From the NCBI RefSeq assembly GCF_004010195.1, contig NC_057720.1, positions 18,722,165 through 18,756,095 on the forward strand: 33,931 nt of DNA, written 5' to 3'. Numbering within the stretch: position 1 is the first letter of the stretch; the number at the start of each line of letters is the position of its first letter. Origin of the DNA: Chiloscyllium plagiosum (lineage: Eukaryota). The position numbers and the translations under genes were made by a program. Positions 33,597 to 33,931 of the stretch are shown here, in pieces. The notes under the pieces were generated by a model. It saw only the letters and a list, made by a program, of their open reading frames with translations. It had not been told where the DNA came from and did no database searches.

Positions 33597-33931
33597 GAGG
33601 AGAAAGTGAGGTCTGCAGATGCTGGAGATCAGAGATGGAAATGTGTTGCTGGAAAAGCGCAGCAGGTCAGGCAGCATCTAGGGAACAGGAGAATCGACGT
33701 TTCGGGCATTAGCCCTTCTTCAGGAATGAGGAAAGTTGGTCCAGCAGGCTAAGATAAAAGATAGGGAGGAGGGACTTGGGGGAGGGGCGTTGGAAATGTA
33801 ATAGGTGGAAAGAGGTCAAGGTGAGGGTGATAGGTCAGACTGGGGTGGGGGCGGAGAGGTCGGGAAGAAGATTGCAGGTTAGGAAGGCGGTGCTGAATTC
33901 AAATTCAGCACCGCCTTCCTAACCTGAGATC
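33597..33931 (-). mobile_element. Penelope-like element family A terminus with fold-back junction (may run off the window)
   Basis: Highly similar to 18037-18270; perfect 25-bp inverted repeat at 33875-33899 / 33902-33926. Confidence 0.9.
33692..33727 (-). ncRNA. Minimal type I hammerhead ribozyme motif with intact core (family A)
   Basis: Minus strand ATTC-CTGAAGA-A-GGGC-taat-GCCC-GAAA-C-GTC-GATT; predicted cleavage between 33696 and 33695. Confidence 0.72.

Noticed and set aside
870..33730. Recurrent ctggaaaagcacagcaggtcaggcagcatc motif as a CRISPR-like or regulatory repeat
   Set aside because: Dispersed, in both orientations, with TSDs and linked to a PLE ORF; it is a retroelement terminus in eukaryotic DNA

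Overview
Eukaryotic (vertebrate) non-coding DNA, almost certainly from a shark or ray: it carries several HE1/V-SINE copies together with their partner CR1 (HER1-type) LINEs. I could not support any intact host protein-coding gene. Most of the window is nested, decayed retroelements. These include many CR1-clade LINE fragments (one near full length at 19339-24031, with a Zn-finger/SGNH-esterase ORF1 and an APE-RT ORF2, both disrupted), two tRNA-derived SINE families, two TA-flanked MITEs, a possible solo LTR, and at least three or four families of Penelope-like elements (PLEs). There is a 263-nt assembly gap. The most interesting signal is that the PLE termini carry minimal hammerhead-ribozyme motifs (CUGANGA / stem II / GAAA / short stem III / UH). 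The short PLE insertions repeatedly begin or fold back at the ribozyme core. There are also two twin-priming-type inversions (one CR1, one PLE) and a 72-bp PLE tail flanked by a 140-bp duplication. Nearly all ORFs in the supplied track are retroelement fragments or antisense shadows. Family names come from recognised motifs and recalled consensus, not from a database search, and most element boundaries are approximate.
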